Shown: positions 13,012 through 26,519 of the stretch, piece after piece
Layout: each line of letters begins with the position of its first letter
How positions within the stretch are numbered: position 1 is the stretch's first letter
Assembly: GCA_964016885.1 (NCBI GenBank)
Contig: OZ024742.1
Span: 107,570,001 to 107,634,000, forward strand
Length of the DNA: 64,000 bases
Source of the DNA: Eledone cirrhosa
Lineage: Eukaryota
Direction: 5' to 3'
Position numbers and translations under genes: made by a program
The notes under the pieces: generated by a model
The model's input: the letters and a program-made list of their open reading frames with translations, nothing else
The model's database searches: none
What the model was told of the DNA's origin: nothing

Positions 13012-13310
13012 ATTGCCTGTGGCGCAGTGGTTAAGGTATTTAGCCCACAATCATATCATATAGCCATGAGTTAGATTCCAGCGGTGGGTTGTGTTTTTAA
13101 GAAAGACCACTTATTTTACGTTGTTCCAATCCACGCAGCTAGTAAAAATGAATTGTATCAGTAATTCAAAAGGCCAGCTTTGTCACACAAGTTACGTTAA
13201 CGGCACATATATCTGTAGCATGCTGAACTACTTGCAGATGAATCTCATGACAAGACTGTTCCGATGGTCATGCAACTGGGACACTTGTCGTCGGAACCGA
13301 CGAAGGTCCA
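13012..13310 (+). mobile_element. Second tRNA-headed SINE family, degenerate; related pieces at about 39890-40155(-), 43325-43600(+), 47730-48030 and 55200-55400
   Basis: GTGGCGCAGTGGTTAAGG head plus a shared internal segment. Confidence 0.6.
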
Positions 13311-14179
13311 ATATTTCAAAGGTACTGCGTTGTCATAATATATATAAATCATTATAAGTGTGTGTGCAAGAGTTTGTGTGTATGTGTAAGCATATATATT
13401 GTGTTACATAATATGATGCCAACATGTCACGAGCCACATTGGCTGTTGATTTTACAGTAATTTATTTTAAAGTTCAATTTAATTCCTTTTCGAAGAGAAT
13501 GTATACCAATATATTTCCAATTTACATAGTAAAAGTTTTGCATAAAGTAAAATAAATCTAACTTTATGTTCACAATGTCGGCCAATTTAAGATGGTTTCG
13601 TGAAGCAGTAGATTCTGTGAAAATGTCAGCTCATTCTCTTATTATAAAAGAAAACTATTTAACTTGCATTTTCTATTAAGAAATAAAACGGTATGTTACA
13701 AAGCGTTTTACATTTTTAAGTTTTTTGGATATGTATTTTTTTTTATCAATCCCATTCTTAAATAAAGGAGAAAAATATATTAATTTAAAATTAGAATACA
13801 TTAAAATCATCCTGAAAAGTCGCTTTTAATATAAATGAAAAAAATGTTTTAATGAAAGAAAACCATACTTTGTTTGAAAGTATACAATGAAAGAAATTAT
13901 ACAATGGATGTCATAAAATGAATGGAAATACAAAATACAGAATGAATGAAAAGATGGTAGGAAAGAAAAATAAAATGAATGAATATATACAAAAAAAAAT
14001 GAAAGAAAATATAGAATGAATGAAAATATAGAATAAAAGGAAATATAAGATAAAAAGAAATATCACTATTACTGTCACTGATCCCTCAACTCACGATGGC
14101 GCCGATGGGGTGCCGTCGTGGCATACGGTGTATTTTGGGCGGAGTTAATTCATTTCTGTTTCAATACAGCCAATTTGTT

Positions 14180-14248
<69 letters not shown>

Positions 14249-14639
14249 TTTGTAAATTTAGATGAAGAAGTTTGAACGAGCCAGAAGGAATACCACAAAA
14301 CATTCTCTTCGAGGCTCTAACAGCTCTGCCACTTTACCGCATGAAAGAAAATACACAATGAAAGAAAGGATGCAATATGGGTAAAGATAAATTAAAATGG
14401 CAGAATTTGAATATAAAAGAAAGACAGAAAGTGATGAATAATTCAGCAGTCATTATATTGTAAGCATTAAGAAGAGTTTAAAACAAAACTCACTGGGAAT
14501 ATTAAATGAAAATAATAATAAATTTGAAGACTAAAATCCAAAGAGGGCTCGATAAGGATAATTATATATCAAATATATAAGAACCGTAGAGCAAATATTT
14601 ATTAAAATAACATGCAGCGATTATTTGTTTAATCTGTTA

Positions 14640-14678
<39 letters not shown>

Positions 14679-15804
14679 GCATTTCCAAAATATATTCCTT
14701 TGGTATTTTAAATTTGTATTGTTATGGTTATATTTACAAATTATAATCCTTTGGTAATTTATTGATATTGGATTATCTCTATACAAATGCATATGTGTGT
14801 ATTAACATGCATAGAAAGTGTTATAGATTTTTTGTGTTTGTATATGTGTCTGTATATATACATGAGTGATGCATGAGGACGCACGCAAATATTTATTTAT
14901 ACATATGTATGTGTATATATGTATGTGTATATATCTATGTGGTTGAGAGGTATGTTGCAGATGTGCATAATATTAAACACATGAATGGTAATCGTATATA
15001 TGAGGACATGATTGTTAATCGTATATATTTGTATATATATACTGTGAAATTTTTATAACACAATGAGTGTTTAGCAGTGATTAAGAGAAATCATTTACGT
15101 TTTGTATGGCTATATTGTTGGCTTGAGTAAACATAATTTCTATTTTCAGGACGTGCGTATCTATATGTATGTATATATACATATATATTTGTATGTCTTT
15201 GCATAAAATACTAATCTCTATAGCAAGGGTACATTTTGAACTCAGATTTTGGTATATTGATCTCAAGTTTCTAAACTAAACATATGGTCATTATTGAACA
15301 ATGTTTAATTTCACATATTATATATCTATGTCCCATTCATGAATATTGATACTTATATTTATATTTTTATTATTCATTTCATATAAATTGTGAACTCAAC
15401 TTAATATGACATGACGTAAAGTTGTCACTGTCCCCCTCTCTCTATATAGTATTTCTCTCTCTTGAGTTTCTCTTTCTGTATGATGACTTGATATCTCTCT
15501 GTTGCTTTCCTTTGTTTTTCTTATTCCTTCCTTTTCTTTCTTTTTTATTTCCTCCTATCTTTATCTATCTCTTTCTTTTCTCCATACATTTCTCTCTCTC
15601 TCCGATATTTCTCCAGGTTTTCTTTCTCTTTTCTTTCTCTCTCTCTGTCTTTGTACTTTTCTCTTTCTTTCTATCCGTCTTTTTCTAATTGTGCTTAACA
15701 CTATGACTTATTATATAAACAAATCACTATCCAGACAGCCTCCAAAAGTAATGGTTGTATTTTAAAGGGTACGTCAAACCTATTTGTAAAACTGTTATAT
15801 ATTG

Positions 15805-15869
15805 TATTTTGTCTGATGAAGGCATACCATAATTTAATGTGGTATCCCTGAAATATGTATAATGAAATA
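15805..15869 (+). ncRNA. Type I hammerhead ribozyme motif (family A)
   Basis: TATTTTGT-CTGATGA-AGGCATACCA..TGGTATCCCT-GAAA-TATGTA-TA-ATGAAATA. Confidence 0.75.
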
Positions 15870-15997
15870 AATATGGTTTTATAAATATAGTTTCCATTTA
15901 TTAATATCGTATATCTACTCCAAAAATTTGTCGAGTGCTTTATATCAGTTATAAAAATATTTACTTGTTGTATCCCAACAACTTTAAATAGAACTTT

Positions 15998-16051
<54 letters not shown>

Positions 16052-16065
16052 AAAGTTCTATTTAA

Positions 16066-18378
16066 CACCATATGGACTAACATCTGTGTCCAACGAAAAC
16101 TGCCAAAGAAGGTAAAAAACAACATAATGACTCGAAACAGCAAATTACCCACCTTCTACCACCTGGTTAAAACACATAAACAAGGACCCGATTTGAAAAT
16201 CAGGCCCATTGTCTCTAGCGTGGAGGGCCCACTCTACAAAATATCGTGGCTGCTCTCCACACTACTGAAACCCATTCTACACACACTACCAGCCCACGTC
16301 TGCAGCTCAAAGGAGGTCTTGGAGCGACTACACCATCTGGCGCCCAACACCAGAAAGGACAACGGTTATGCCTTCAGTCTTGATGTGGTCGCCCTTTATA
16401 CCTCCGTACCAGCATCCCCAGCTGTCGACCTGTTGACCGAACGAGTCCGAGCATCTAACTTACACTGCTTCGGACTCACACACACGGACATCCACCAACT
16501 CCTCTCCTTCGTTGTGGATAATGCACTCTTCAATTTCCTCGCAACACGTACAAACAAATCTCTGGGCTACCTATGGGCTCTAGTCTGTCCGGCATACTTG
16601 CGATCTCGTACATGGACCACCTGGAACGCAAGGCACTCAATACCTGCCAACCCAACGCCGTCGCCTTCTACTCCAGATACGTTGATGACATCCTGATACT
16701 TACTTCTTCCCGGGAGATGGCGAATGAAATTCACCAAATCTTCAACGATACTGACCATCACGTCGATTTCACCATCGAACACCCAGGAGAAGACGGGTCA
16801 CTCGCCCTCCTCGACTTCCGTATCAACATCTCGGAAGAAGGAGACATAAACACCACCTTCTACCGCAAAGCAGCGTGCAAGGACTTATTTGTGCATTATA
16901 ACTCAGCCCTCCCCAACAACGCTAAGAGAGGCTATGTCCTAAATGAACTGACACGGATCACTAACAGATGCAGCGACCCGATGGGTGGTCTCACCCATAC
17001 CACGCAATTCCGTAATCTACTCAGATCTAATGGTTATCCCAAGCGACTGATTAACGGAATTAGAGACCCCAGACCCAATAGACAGACACCCACTAGAAAC
17101 CTATATAAAAGCAGGTGCTTCTTTAAAATCCCCCACCTGAGTGAATATACCACGAACGCCATCCGCAGGGCCATACAGACGGACGGACTTGACATACATT
17201 TGGCCCACACAGGACCTTCGCTGCGAAGATGCCTCTCCAACAAACCCGACGAGTCAGATGGGACGTGTTCCCTCAGCAACTGCCCGATACGGGGGGCAGA
17301 TTGCCTACGCACCTATGTCGTATATAAGATTCAATGCGATAAATGTAACAAGTTTTACATAGGTAGCACCATCCGACCCCTACATGTTCGTATCAAGGAA
17401 CATATCAACACCAACGCATCTTCCTTCCGTAAACACATCCTTAAATGCGGAAACCCACAGGGTAGACCCTTGGTCACAGTCCTAGCGACTGAACGCAGCA
17501 TCGGATCCTTAAGGATAAAAGAAGCACTTGTTATTAAGAACCTCAGACCCCCACTTAACAACCGGGCTGAGAGAAATGAGCTGACGTGGCTAACTTAACC
17601 ATAGTGACCATTCACAGCCTACGGCCTGCTATCTTCACACACACGCACGTATATGCATACCCATACGCATACACACACACATCTATATTTATACACGCAC
17701 ACATGTTTTTACAACCTACCACCTTTCACACCCTTTGATTTCCAGCTTCTACAGCCCACTATCTTTCACACACAAACGCACTCACACATATACACACACA
17801 GTTACACACACATGTATACCCATACGCTTACACACACACATCTATATTTATACACGCACACATGTTTTACAACCTACCACCTTTCACACCCTTTGATTTC
17901 CAGCTTCTACAGCCCACTATCTTTCACACACACACACACTCACACATATACACACTTACACTTATACACACACAGTTACACACACATATATATTTACACA
18001 CACATATCTTACGGCTTTCACTCGCTAGCGCACCCTCTTGATTTTGGTCAGTAGCTTTTGCCACAGCCTATCACGCGCACGCGCATTCTTTCCCTCGTTT
18101 AAATTTAAATAATTTTCTCCCCATAACGGCATTCCTGTCTTAACGACATCACAACTTTCTCCGCTTGGCCTGTTCCCCCCCTTTTGGAACTTTCCCCCGT
18201 TGATGGGCGTGAGCCCGAAATATTGGGATTAAATCTCCACTACGGTAACCCTTCTACCTTTGTTTTGTTTTCATCTTTGTCTCTCTCAATTTTCACTTTC
18301 ACCTGTTTTTCCTATCTATCTTTCACTTCCTACCTCGAGAAGATTTCCCTCTGCATTGTTGTGGCTTTCTTAACTACG

Positions 18379-18383
<5 letters not shown>
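16066..18383 (+). mobile_element. 5'-truncated Penelope-like element between (TA)n tracts
   Basis: RT plus C-terminal GIY-YIG ORF; 3' UTR with an internal ~157-bp duplication and an HHR-like motif at about 18190-18230. Confidence 0.9.
16127..17598 (+). pseudogene. PLE reverse transcriptase-GIY-YIG ORF with one frameshift near 16541
   Basis: KTHK..IRPIVS, SLDVVALYTSVP, GLPMGSSLS, RYVDDI, LLDF, Cys linker CSLSNCP..C, VVYKIQCDKC..YIGST..RIKEH..E..P.LN. Confidence 0.9.
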
Positions 18384-18473
<90 letters not shown>

Positions 18474-18679
18474 TATATATATTGTATATATAAATAGATT
18501 AAAACTAAAAACAAAAATCAAATTAGAATTTTATTTCTCGCTCTAGCATAGCAGATACATAAATGTAAGTATGCATACGTATATATTGTCAACATGAATG
18601 GACCTGTTATTTTTATCTAAAGAAATTTTTTCCAATTCCATCCCGCCCGTCCCCTCAATTTATTTTATTTTTCATTCTT

Positions 18680-18715
18680 TCTTCTGATGAAGGACTAGCG
18701 TCCGAAACGTTAAGA
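18680..18715 (+). ncRNA. Minimal type I hammerhead motif
   Basis: TCTT-CTGATGA-A-GGAC tagc GTCC-GAAA-CG-TT-AAGA; palindromic AACGTT stem III. Confidence 0.7.
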
Positions 18716-18816
18716 CCCTCTTCCTGCTATATCAAGCGTTAACCTAATATATACCTTCCATATAATTTCCCGATTGTGTTAGTATTTCTGTTTACCTTTT
18801 ACATATATATATATGT

Positions 18817-18896
<80 letters not shown>

Positions 18897-18956
18897 GTGG
18901 AGAAGTAAAGCACAGGAGAACAGACCGTTAAAACATGTCTATTTAAAACAGCACCT

Positions 18957-18990
18957 GCGTACGTTTCGCCTGAATGGGCTTCTCAAGGGC
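18957..18990 (-). ncRNA. Hammerhead variant with U3-A8 core
   Basis: Minus strand TTGAGAA-GCC cattca GGC-GAAA-CG-TA; stem I weak. Confidence 0.45.
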
Positions 18991-19059
18991 ATAATAACTA
19001 AAAAGTGTTCCTTACATGACCCGAATGGGTTTTTAGAGATAAGTTCACGTCATTATATG

Positions 19060-19750
19060 TGGCAGTATCGGTAGAGGGTCGGACATGCTTTCCAGCATAG
19101 TTACGTCCCTTTACGATCTGAGTTCAATTCCCGCCGAGGTTAACTTTGCCTTTCATCCTTACGGGGTCGATAAAATAAAGTATCAGTAATGTACTGGGAT
19201 AATTGTTGGCCTTGTGCCAAAAGTAGAAAGAATTATATGTATATATATATATATATAAATTTTGAGTATATGTTGGTTGTTTACCGACACCTCAGTATGC
19301 AGATTGGCGCACTCGACGAAGTACGCAGGCTGGTTTGTTTACTCCGGAGTAATGTAAAATAAAATAATTGTTTCTACTTTTGGCACAGGGCCAGCAATTA
19401 TGCCAGGGTATTACTGGTACTTTATTTTATCGACCCCATAAGGATGAAAGGCAAAGTTAACCTTTGCGGGATTTGAACTCAGATCATAAAGGGCCGTAAC
19501 TCTTTGCTGCAAATCCACCGCACTCTAAAATAAAATAATTGTTTCTACTTTAGGCACAAGGCCAGCAAATACCCAGTACATTACTGGTACTTTATTTTAT
19601 CGACCCCGTAAGGATGAAAGGCAAAGTTAACCTCGGCGGGAATTGAACTCAGACTGTAAAGGGACGTAACTTTGCTAGAGAGCATGGCGTCCAACCCTCT
19701 ACCGATACTGCCAATTCACCATAAAATAATTGTTTCTACTTTTGGCACAA
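19060..19750. mobile_element. Cluster of tRNA-derived SINEs: 19060-19232(+), 19363-19520(-), 19535-19720(-)
   Basis: Same core as 11683-12372. Confidence 0.85.
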
Positions 19751-19811
19751 GTGTAACAATATATATATATATGTGTGTGTGTGTATACATATATATATAC
19801 ACATATATATA

Positions 19812-20750
<939 letters not shown>

Positions 20751-20904
20751 GTAAACGGAATAGAAAATGCTGACAAATTGTTCACAGTTGAAAAATGGTT
20801 TAATTAGGAATAAAAGAGTATTAGTAATTGTATGGGTTAGTATTCAGTTGTGGTTTTAAGTTTTTAAGTTTCTACCGGTTGCGCATTTCTAAATGCTTTT
20901 CAAA

Positions 20905-20987
20905 AATAATTTTGAGATAGAGTGTCCGTGTTGTTTGCTCTGATCAGATCAGAGCAAACAACACGGACACTCTATCTCAAAATTATT
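20905..20987. repeat. Perfect palindrome, 41-bp arms, 1-nt spacer
   Basis: ..GCTCTGATC a GATCAGAGC.. centred on 20946. Confidence 0.95.
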
Positions 20988-21040
20988 CCAGAATTAGCCG
21001 TCGAAACGGCTTGAGCTCAGCTGTCGGGGTCTTACTGGTT

Positions 21041-21079
<39 letters not shown>

Positions 21080-21083
21080 ATAT

Positions 21084-21711
21084 GCCTCCGTTGGAGTGGT
21101 CACCTTACCAGGATGAAGGATTCTAGAATACCAAACAACTCTTTTATGGAGAGTTGGTTAAAGGAAAACGACCGCCACATAAACCAAAAAAGAGGTATAA
21201 GGATTCCTTGAAAGCCTCTCTGAAAGACGCTAACATCTCTGCTGATACATGGGAGAATATTGCTGCTGATCGTAATAAATGGAGAAAGACTGTATATGAG
21301 GGAAAAGTTGCTTTTGAGGCATCTCGAATCGCATACGAGAAAGTAAAGCAGGATGTGAGGAAGGGCATTGCTGTTGCACTTCCAGACGGCGAGGGTCCTC
21401 CTATGGTGCTGACATGCAGCGTATGTGCGAGACTCTGCCTAAGCAAAGCTGGACTCGAAAGTCATCTTCGCAGTCATAAAGTAAGACCAGTGGTTGACTA
21501 CCAGGCTGCTGTTGGAGATGCTATTCATCATGCTTGCCAAACATGTGGTAGAGAATGTAAATCAGCAGGAGGGCTCAAGCGACATGCAAAAGTACACGAA
21601 CTCCAACCACAGCCGACTATTCCCAGTGAATGTTTTGGATGCCGACTCTGTGCAAGACATTTTAGATCATTGGCTGGGCTAAAAAGCCACATTCGATCGC
21701 AGCGCTGTTAG
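21084..21711 (+). pseudogene. 3' end of an RTE-clade LINE ORF with three C2H2-type zinc fingers
   Basis: LRWSGHLTRM..RIP..GKRPPHKPKKRYKDSLK..WR; CSVC..HLRSH, CQTC..HAKVH, CRLC..HIRSQ. Confidence 0.85.
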
Positions 21712-21717
21712 TTGCTA

Positions 21718-21759
<42 letters not shown>

Positions 21760-21846
21760 GTGTGTAGTTAGTTGCTATCGTGTGCGTGTGTATGTGTATG
21801 TATATGTATATGTATATTATTATTGTTGTTGTCGTTATTATTATTG

Positions 21847-21881
<35 letters not shown>

Positions 21882-21921
21882 GTTATTAATGTATGTGTGT
21901 GTGTGTATGTGTGTGTGAGTA

Positions 21922-21962
<41 letters not shown>

Positions 21963-22316
21963 GTATATATATATATATATTTTTTTTTTTAAATTTTTTT
22001 TTTTTTTTATTTTAATTTTCTTTTTATTTATTTATTATTATTATTATTTTATTTTATTTATTTATTTATTTATTTATTTTTTCTCCTCGTGCAATGGCCA
22101 TACTCGATAACGAGGGGGCAGCCATCATACATATGTATATGTGTGTGTGTATCTACATATATATATATATATATATATACACAGTGATACCTTGAGATAC
22201 GAGTGAACCGACATACGAGTTTTTTTTAGATACAAGCCATCACTCGGCTAATTTTTTGCCTTGTGATACGAACTGAGTTTTGAGATACGAGCTACGAGCT
22301 AGCGGGTGCCTGAGAG

Positions 22317-22595
22317 GGGGTGCAGAATTAATTTCGCCACTGAATAAATTTCGCCCGGTGAACCCCAACCAAAGTTACTCCCGTCGTTTATATCCGTAAA
22401 GTGACTAAAGATTAAAACAAATGTAATATATTTACGGTTAGGGTTAGGGTTAGGGTTGAATTAACCCTAACCCTAACCCTAACCGTAAATATATTACATT
22501 TGTTTTAGTCACTTTACGGATATAAACGACGGGAGTAACTTTCGTTGGGGTTCACCGGGCGAAATTAATTCAGTAGCGAAATTAATTCAGTAACC
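22317..22595. mobile_element. Fold-back MITE with central head-to-head (TTAGGG)3/(CCCTAA)3 and 9-bp TSD (Mutator-like)
   Basis: Near-perfect palindrome centred at about 22460; GCCTGAGAG at 22308-22316 and 22596-22604. Confidence 0.85.
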
Positions 22596-22708
22596 GCCTG
22601 AGAGCGGTCAGTCCACGTGGTGACCTCGGCGCGCGAGCATCTCTGTTGTGTTACTGTTGTGATTTTAGTTGCTTTTGGTTTATTTCGATAAAAATCTTAG
22701 TTTCAACC

Positions 22709-24449
22709 ATGAGTCCCAAGAAAGTGGGTGCCAAGAACACTGGCGAGAAAAAGAAAAGGATGACGTCTATGGATATTAAGCACGAAATCGTAGAAAAACA
22801 TGAGCGTGGTGTGCGTGTTATTGACTTGGCAAAGGAGTACGATCGTAGTACTTCTACAATATGTACTATTTTGAAACAAAAGGATTCAATAAAGGCTATG
22901 ACACCAGCCAAGGGTGTTAAGATAATATCTAAGCTCCGGACCTCTGTCCATGAAGAGATGGAAAAGTTGCTGTTGGGGTGGTTGACCGAGAAGGAGCTCG
23001 CTGGAGATACCGTAACCGAGACCATCATCTGTGAGAAGGCACGAGTTATTTATGGAGATTTGGTGCGGCAGACGGCGGGATCATCCTCGGACGAGGCATC
23101 GAAAGAGTCATTCAAAGCCAGTTGGGGGTGGTTTGATAATTTTAAAAAGAGGACTGGCATTCGCTCCGTCGTCAGGCATGGTGAGGCTGCAAGCTCAGAT
23201 TTTAAGGCAGCTGAAGAATTTACTTCATATTTTGGTGAACTGGTAGAAGCCGAAGGATACATTCCCCAGCAAGTCTTTAACTGTGACGAGACAGGGCTAT
23301 TTTTGAAAAAGATGCCAAGGAGAACGTACATAACATCAGAGGAGAAGAGCTTGCCAGGCCACAAACCTATGAAGGATAGGTTTACCCTTGCACTGTGTGC
23401 AAATGCGAGTGGCGATTTAAAGATTAAACCGCTGCTCGTGTATCACTCGGAAAACCCCAGGGCCTTTAAGAGTCATAAGATTCTTAAAGAAAAACAACAG
23501 GTTATGTGGAGGGAAAACCCAAAGGCATGGGTCAGCAGGGAGTTTTTTGTGCAGTGGGTAAACCTAGTTTTTGGTCCTGCAGTCAAGAAGTATCTTTTAG
23601 ATAATAACCTACCCTGAAAGCCTACTCGTCCTTGACAATACACCCACCAAAACTCGAGGATGACATCTTAGAAGAATTCAAGTTTATTAAGGTCTTGTAC
23701 CTTCCAACCAACACCACCCTATCCTTCAGCCCATGGACCAGCAGGTGATTTCGAATTTTAAAAAGCTCTTCACCAAGCATCTCTTCCGGCGCTGCTTTGA
23801 GATTACGAAAAACACAAACCTCACCCTTCGAGAGTTCTGGAAAGAACATTACACTATCGTAGCCTGCCTCAACATTATAGACATGGCCTGGCAGGGTGTT
23901 ACAAGGAGGACCTTACACTCTGCATGGAAGAAGCTGTGGCTCGAGGTTGTGTCCGAAAAGGACTTCGAAGGATTCGAACCCGAACCCGAAGAGTTAGTGG
24001 AGGAGGAGATCGTGTCCATCGGAAAATCCATGGGCCTGGAAGTGGACGAAGGAGACGTTAACGACCTCGTCGAAGAGCACAATGAGGAATTGACAACGGA
24101 GGAATTAAAGGAGCTACAGGACCAGCAGCATACAGAGATTTGGCAGGAAATTAATGAGGGGCCAGAGTCAGAGGAGGGAGTAATCCCTTCAAGTGAAATT
24201 AAGGAAATGTTGAGAATTTGGGAGAAACTTAATGATTTTATTGACAAAAATCATCCAGAAAAAGTTGGAACAAGTCGCGCGTCGGCACTGTTTAACGTCA
24301 CTTGCCCCACTCATTTCAGAAACATTTTAAAAGGGAGGAAGAAACAAACCTCCTTGGACAGGTTTTTATTGAAACGCCCTCAAAGCGAAAGCGAGGAAAG
24401 TGTGGCCAAAAAGCCAAAAGTCAGTGAAGATGATGATGACAGTAACTGA
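22709..24449 (+). pseudogene. Tigger (TIGD/CENP-B-like) DDE transposase, frameshifted near 23615-23660
   Basis: N-terminal HTH, FKASWGWFDNFKKR, VFNCDETGL, KDRFTL..ANASGD, LPTNT..QPMDQQVISNFK. Confidence 0.92.
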
Positions 24450-24962
24450 AGTACTTACCGTACGGTACGAAAAGAAAAAAAAAGTAAAAAATAAAAATAG
24501 CAATTAAGTTTAGCGATTAAGTGTAGCATAGTGTGTAAGTTAAATTTAGCAATAAAAAATAGCATTAACTGCGTAGTGAGTAAGTCAAGTTAAGAGATAG
24601 AGCGAAAAACGAAAAGCATTTACAGCCTCCCCCGTCATTCTCCTCCACCTCTGCCAATCTCCTCCACCACCGCCAGCTTTTTCGTCTCATCTTAAAGGTA
24701 AATACACTTAATAAATCCAGTTTATTTTTTTACATTCTCTTTTATTATGTTCTTATTATTTCATTATACATTATTTGTTATTTATAAAGTATATTTTGCC
24801 TATTAAAAATACGTAACATAAATAAATTGGTGTGGTTTTGGGGGGTCAGAACGGATTAATAGCATTTCAGTTAATTTCAATGGGCAAAATTGATTTGAGA
24901 TACGAGTAAATTGAGTACGAGCTCGGTCACAGAACGAATTAAACTCGTATCTCAAGGTATCA

Positions 24963-25029
<67 letters not shown>

Positions 25030-25033
<4 letters not shown>

Positions 25034-25214
25034 AACAAGTATGACCCCGACGGCAGAGATCAAGCCGTTTCGACGGCCCATCTGGTTTCTTACCACAACT
25101 CTTTCGTTATATATATATATATATATATATATATAACGAAGAAGTTGTGGTAAGGAACCAGATGGACCGTCGAAACGGCTTGAGCTCTGCCGTCGGGGTC
25201 ATACTTTTTCCTAT
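25030..25214. repeat. Inverted repeat with (TA)n spacer (family D)
   Basis: 25030-25110 versus 25132-25214. Confidence 0.9.
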
Positions 25215-25424
25215 ATATATATAAATCTTTTTTAACCTGTTAGTTTTTTCGTTGCTCTGGTATTGTGTGTTAGGTTTTGCCTACCACAATGTTCAATTTG
25301 TCAAGCTATTTAAACGTATGTTGTTACTCTAAGGACCTACCCTTATTGAGTGCTTTGCTAACTCATTCATATTGTAGGTCGACTTTGCTTGCCCACAGCC
25401 AAAGCTTCGATTTTACTAAGCCTC

Positions 25425-25499
<75 letters not shown>

Positions 25500-25617
25500 G
25501 TATACAGGCATATATACATACATATATATATATATATATTATATATAAGAATTATAAACTCAAATAGTCTTTTACAATTAATTAGTTCAAAGAAAGGAAT
25601 ATTTCCGAGCCGCGTAA

Positions 25618-26519
25618 TACAAATGAATATATGATAGGGATAAACACTGATACAAGTATACATGTGTTCATATTGCAAATGACCAAGTTAGCTAGATTGA
25701 AAAATACTAATTAAAATAATACGGTTTGCCTGTCTCGATTTAAAATAATAAATCAATAAAAACAAACCTATATTGGCAATAGCCGTGATACCTGGACAAA
25801 TTTAAATTCCAAATTTCAAATTTGTTTCGCAACAATTAAGTGAAACTTCCTATTTCTGTGCTCTTCTGCAGGTATCCAGAAATTGGTAAGTTTCACTTCT
25901 AAATACTTAGGGAGACTGAGAGAAATGTGTTTTTTAACGCACACGTGTCACAGTATCTAGCACGTCCTATACTCGTGCCGCTAAAAATAGCAGCCGGTTT
26001 TATGGGACTAAAAATTAGCTCAACGCTTGGAACCGAGAATATATATAGAGTTATAAACTCAAATAAAAGACGATTTGAGTTTATAACTCTATATATAATA
26101 TTCTCGGCTCCAAGCGTTGAGCTAATTTTTAGTCCCATAAAACCGGCTGCTATTTTTAGCGGCACGAGTATAGGACGTGCTAGATACTGTGACACATGTG
26201 CTTTCAACAACACATTTCTCTCAGTCTCCCTAAGTATTTTGAAGTGAAACTTACCAATTTCTGGATACTTACAGAAGAGCACAGGAATAGGAACTTTCAC
26301 TTAATTGTTGCGAAACAAATTTGAAATTTGGAATTTAAATTTGTCCAGGTATCACGGCTATTGCCAATATAGGTTTGTTTTTATTGATTTATTATTTTAA
26401 ATTGAGACAGGCAAACCGTATTATTTTAATTAGTATTTTTCAATCTAGCTAACCTTGGTCATTTGCAATACGAACACATGTATACTTGTATCAATGTTTA
26501 TCCCTATCATATATTCATT

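Larger units (their letters stand above)
22182..24965 (+). mobile_element. Tigger/pogo-family DNA transposon with both TIRs, inserted in (TA)n
   Basis: TIR CAGTGATACCTTGAGATACGAGT at 22182 and its reverse complement ending at 24965, followed by TA. Confidence 0.95.

Noticed and set aside
20868-20910. Degenerate HHR-like strings here (TTGAAAA..GCAA, minus), at 3700-3750 (minus) and at 27705-27735
   Set aside because: Core positions and stems too degraded to call from one copy.
22436-22484. Ancestral telomere-telomere chromosome fusion site
   Set aside because: Only three repeats per side, inside a TSD-flanked palindromic insert nested in a transposon.
25899-26300. Mirror ORFs on both strands as a gene pair (also 35716-36240)
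   Set aside because: Consequence of palindromic DNA; no recognisable protein motif.
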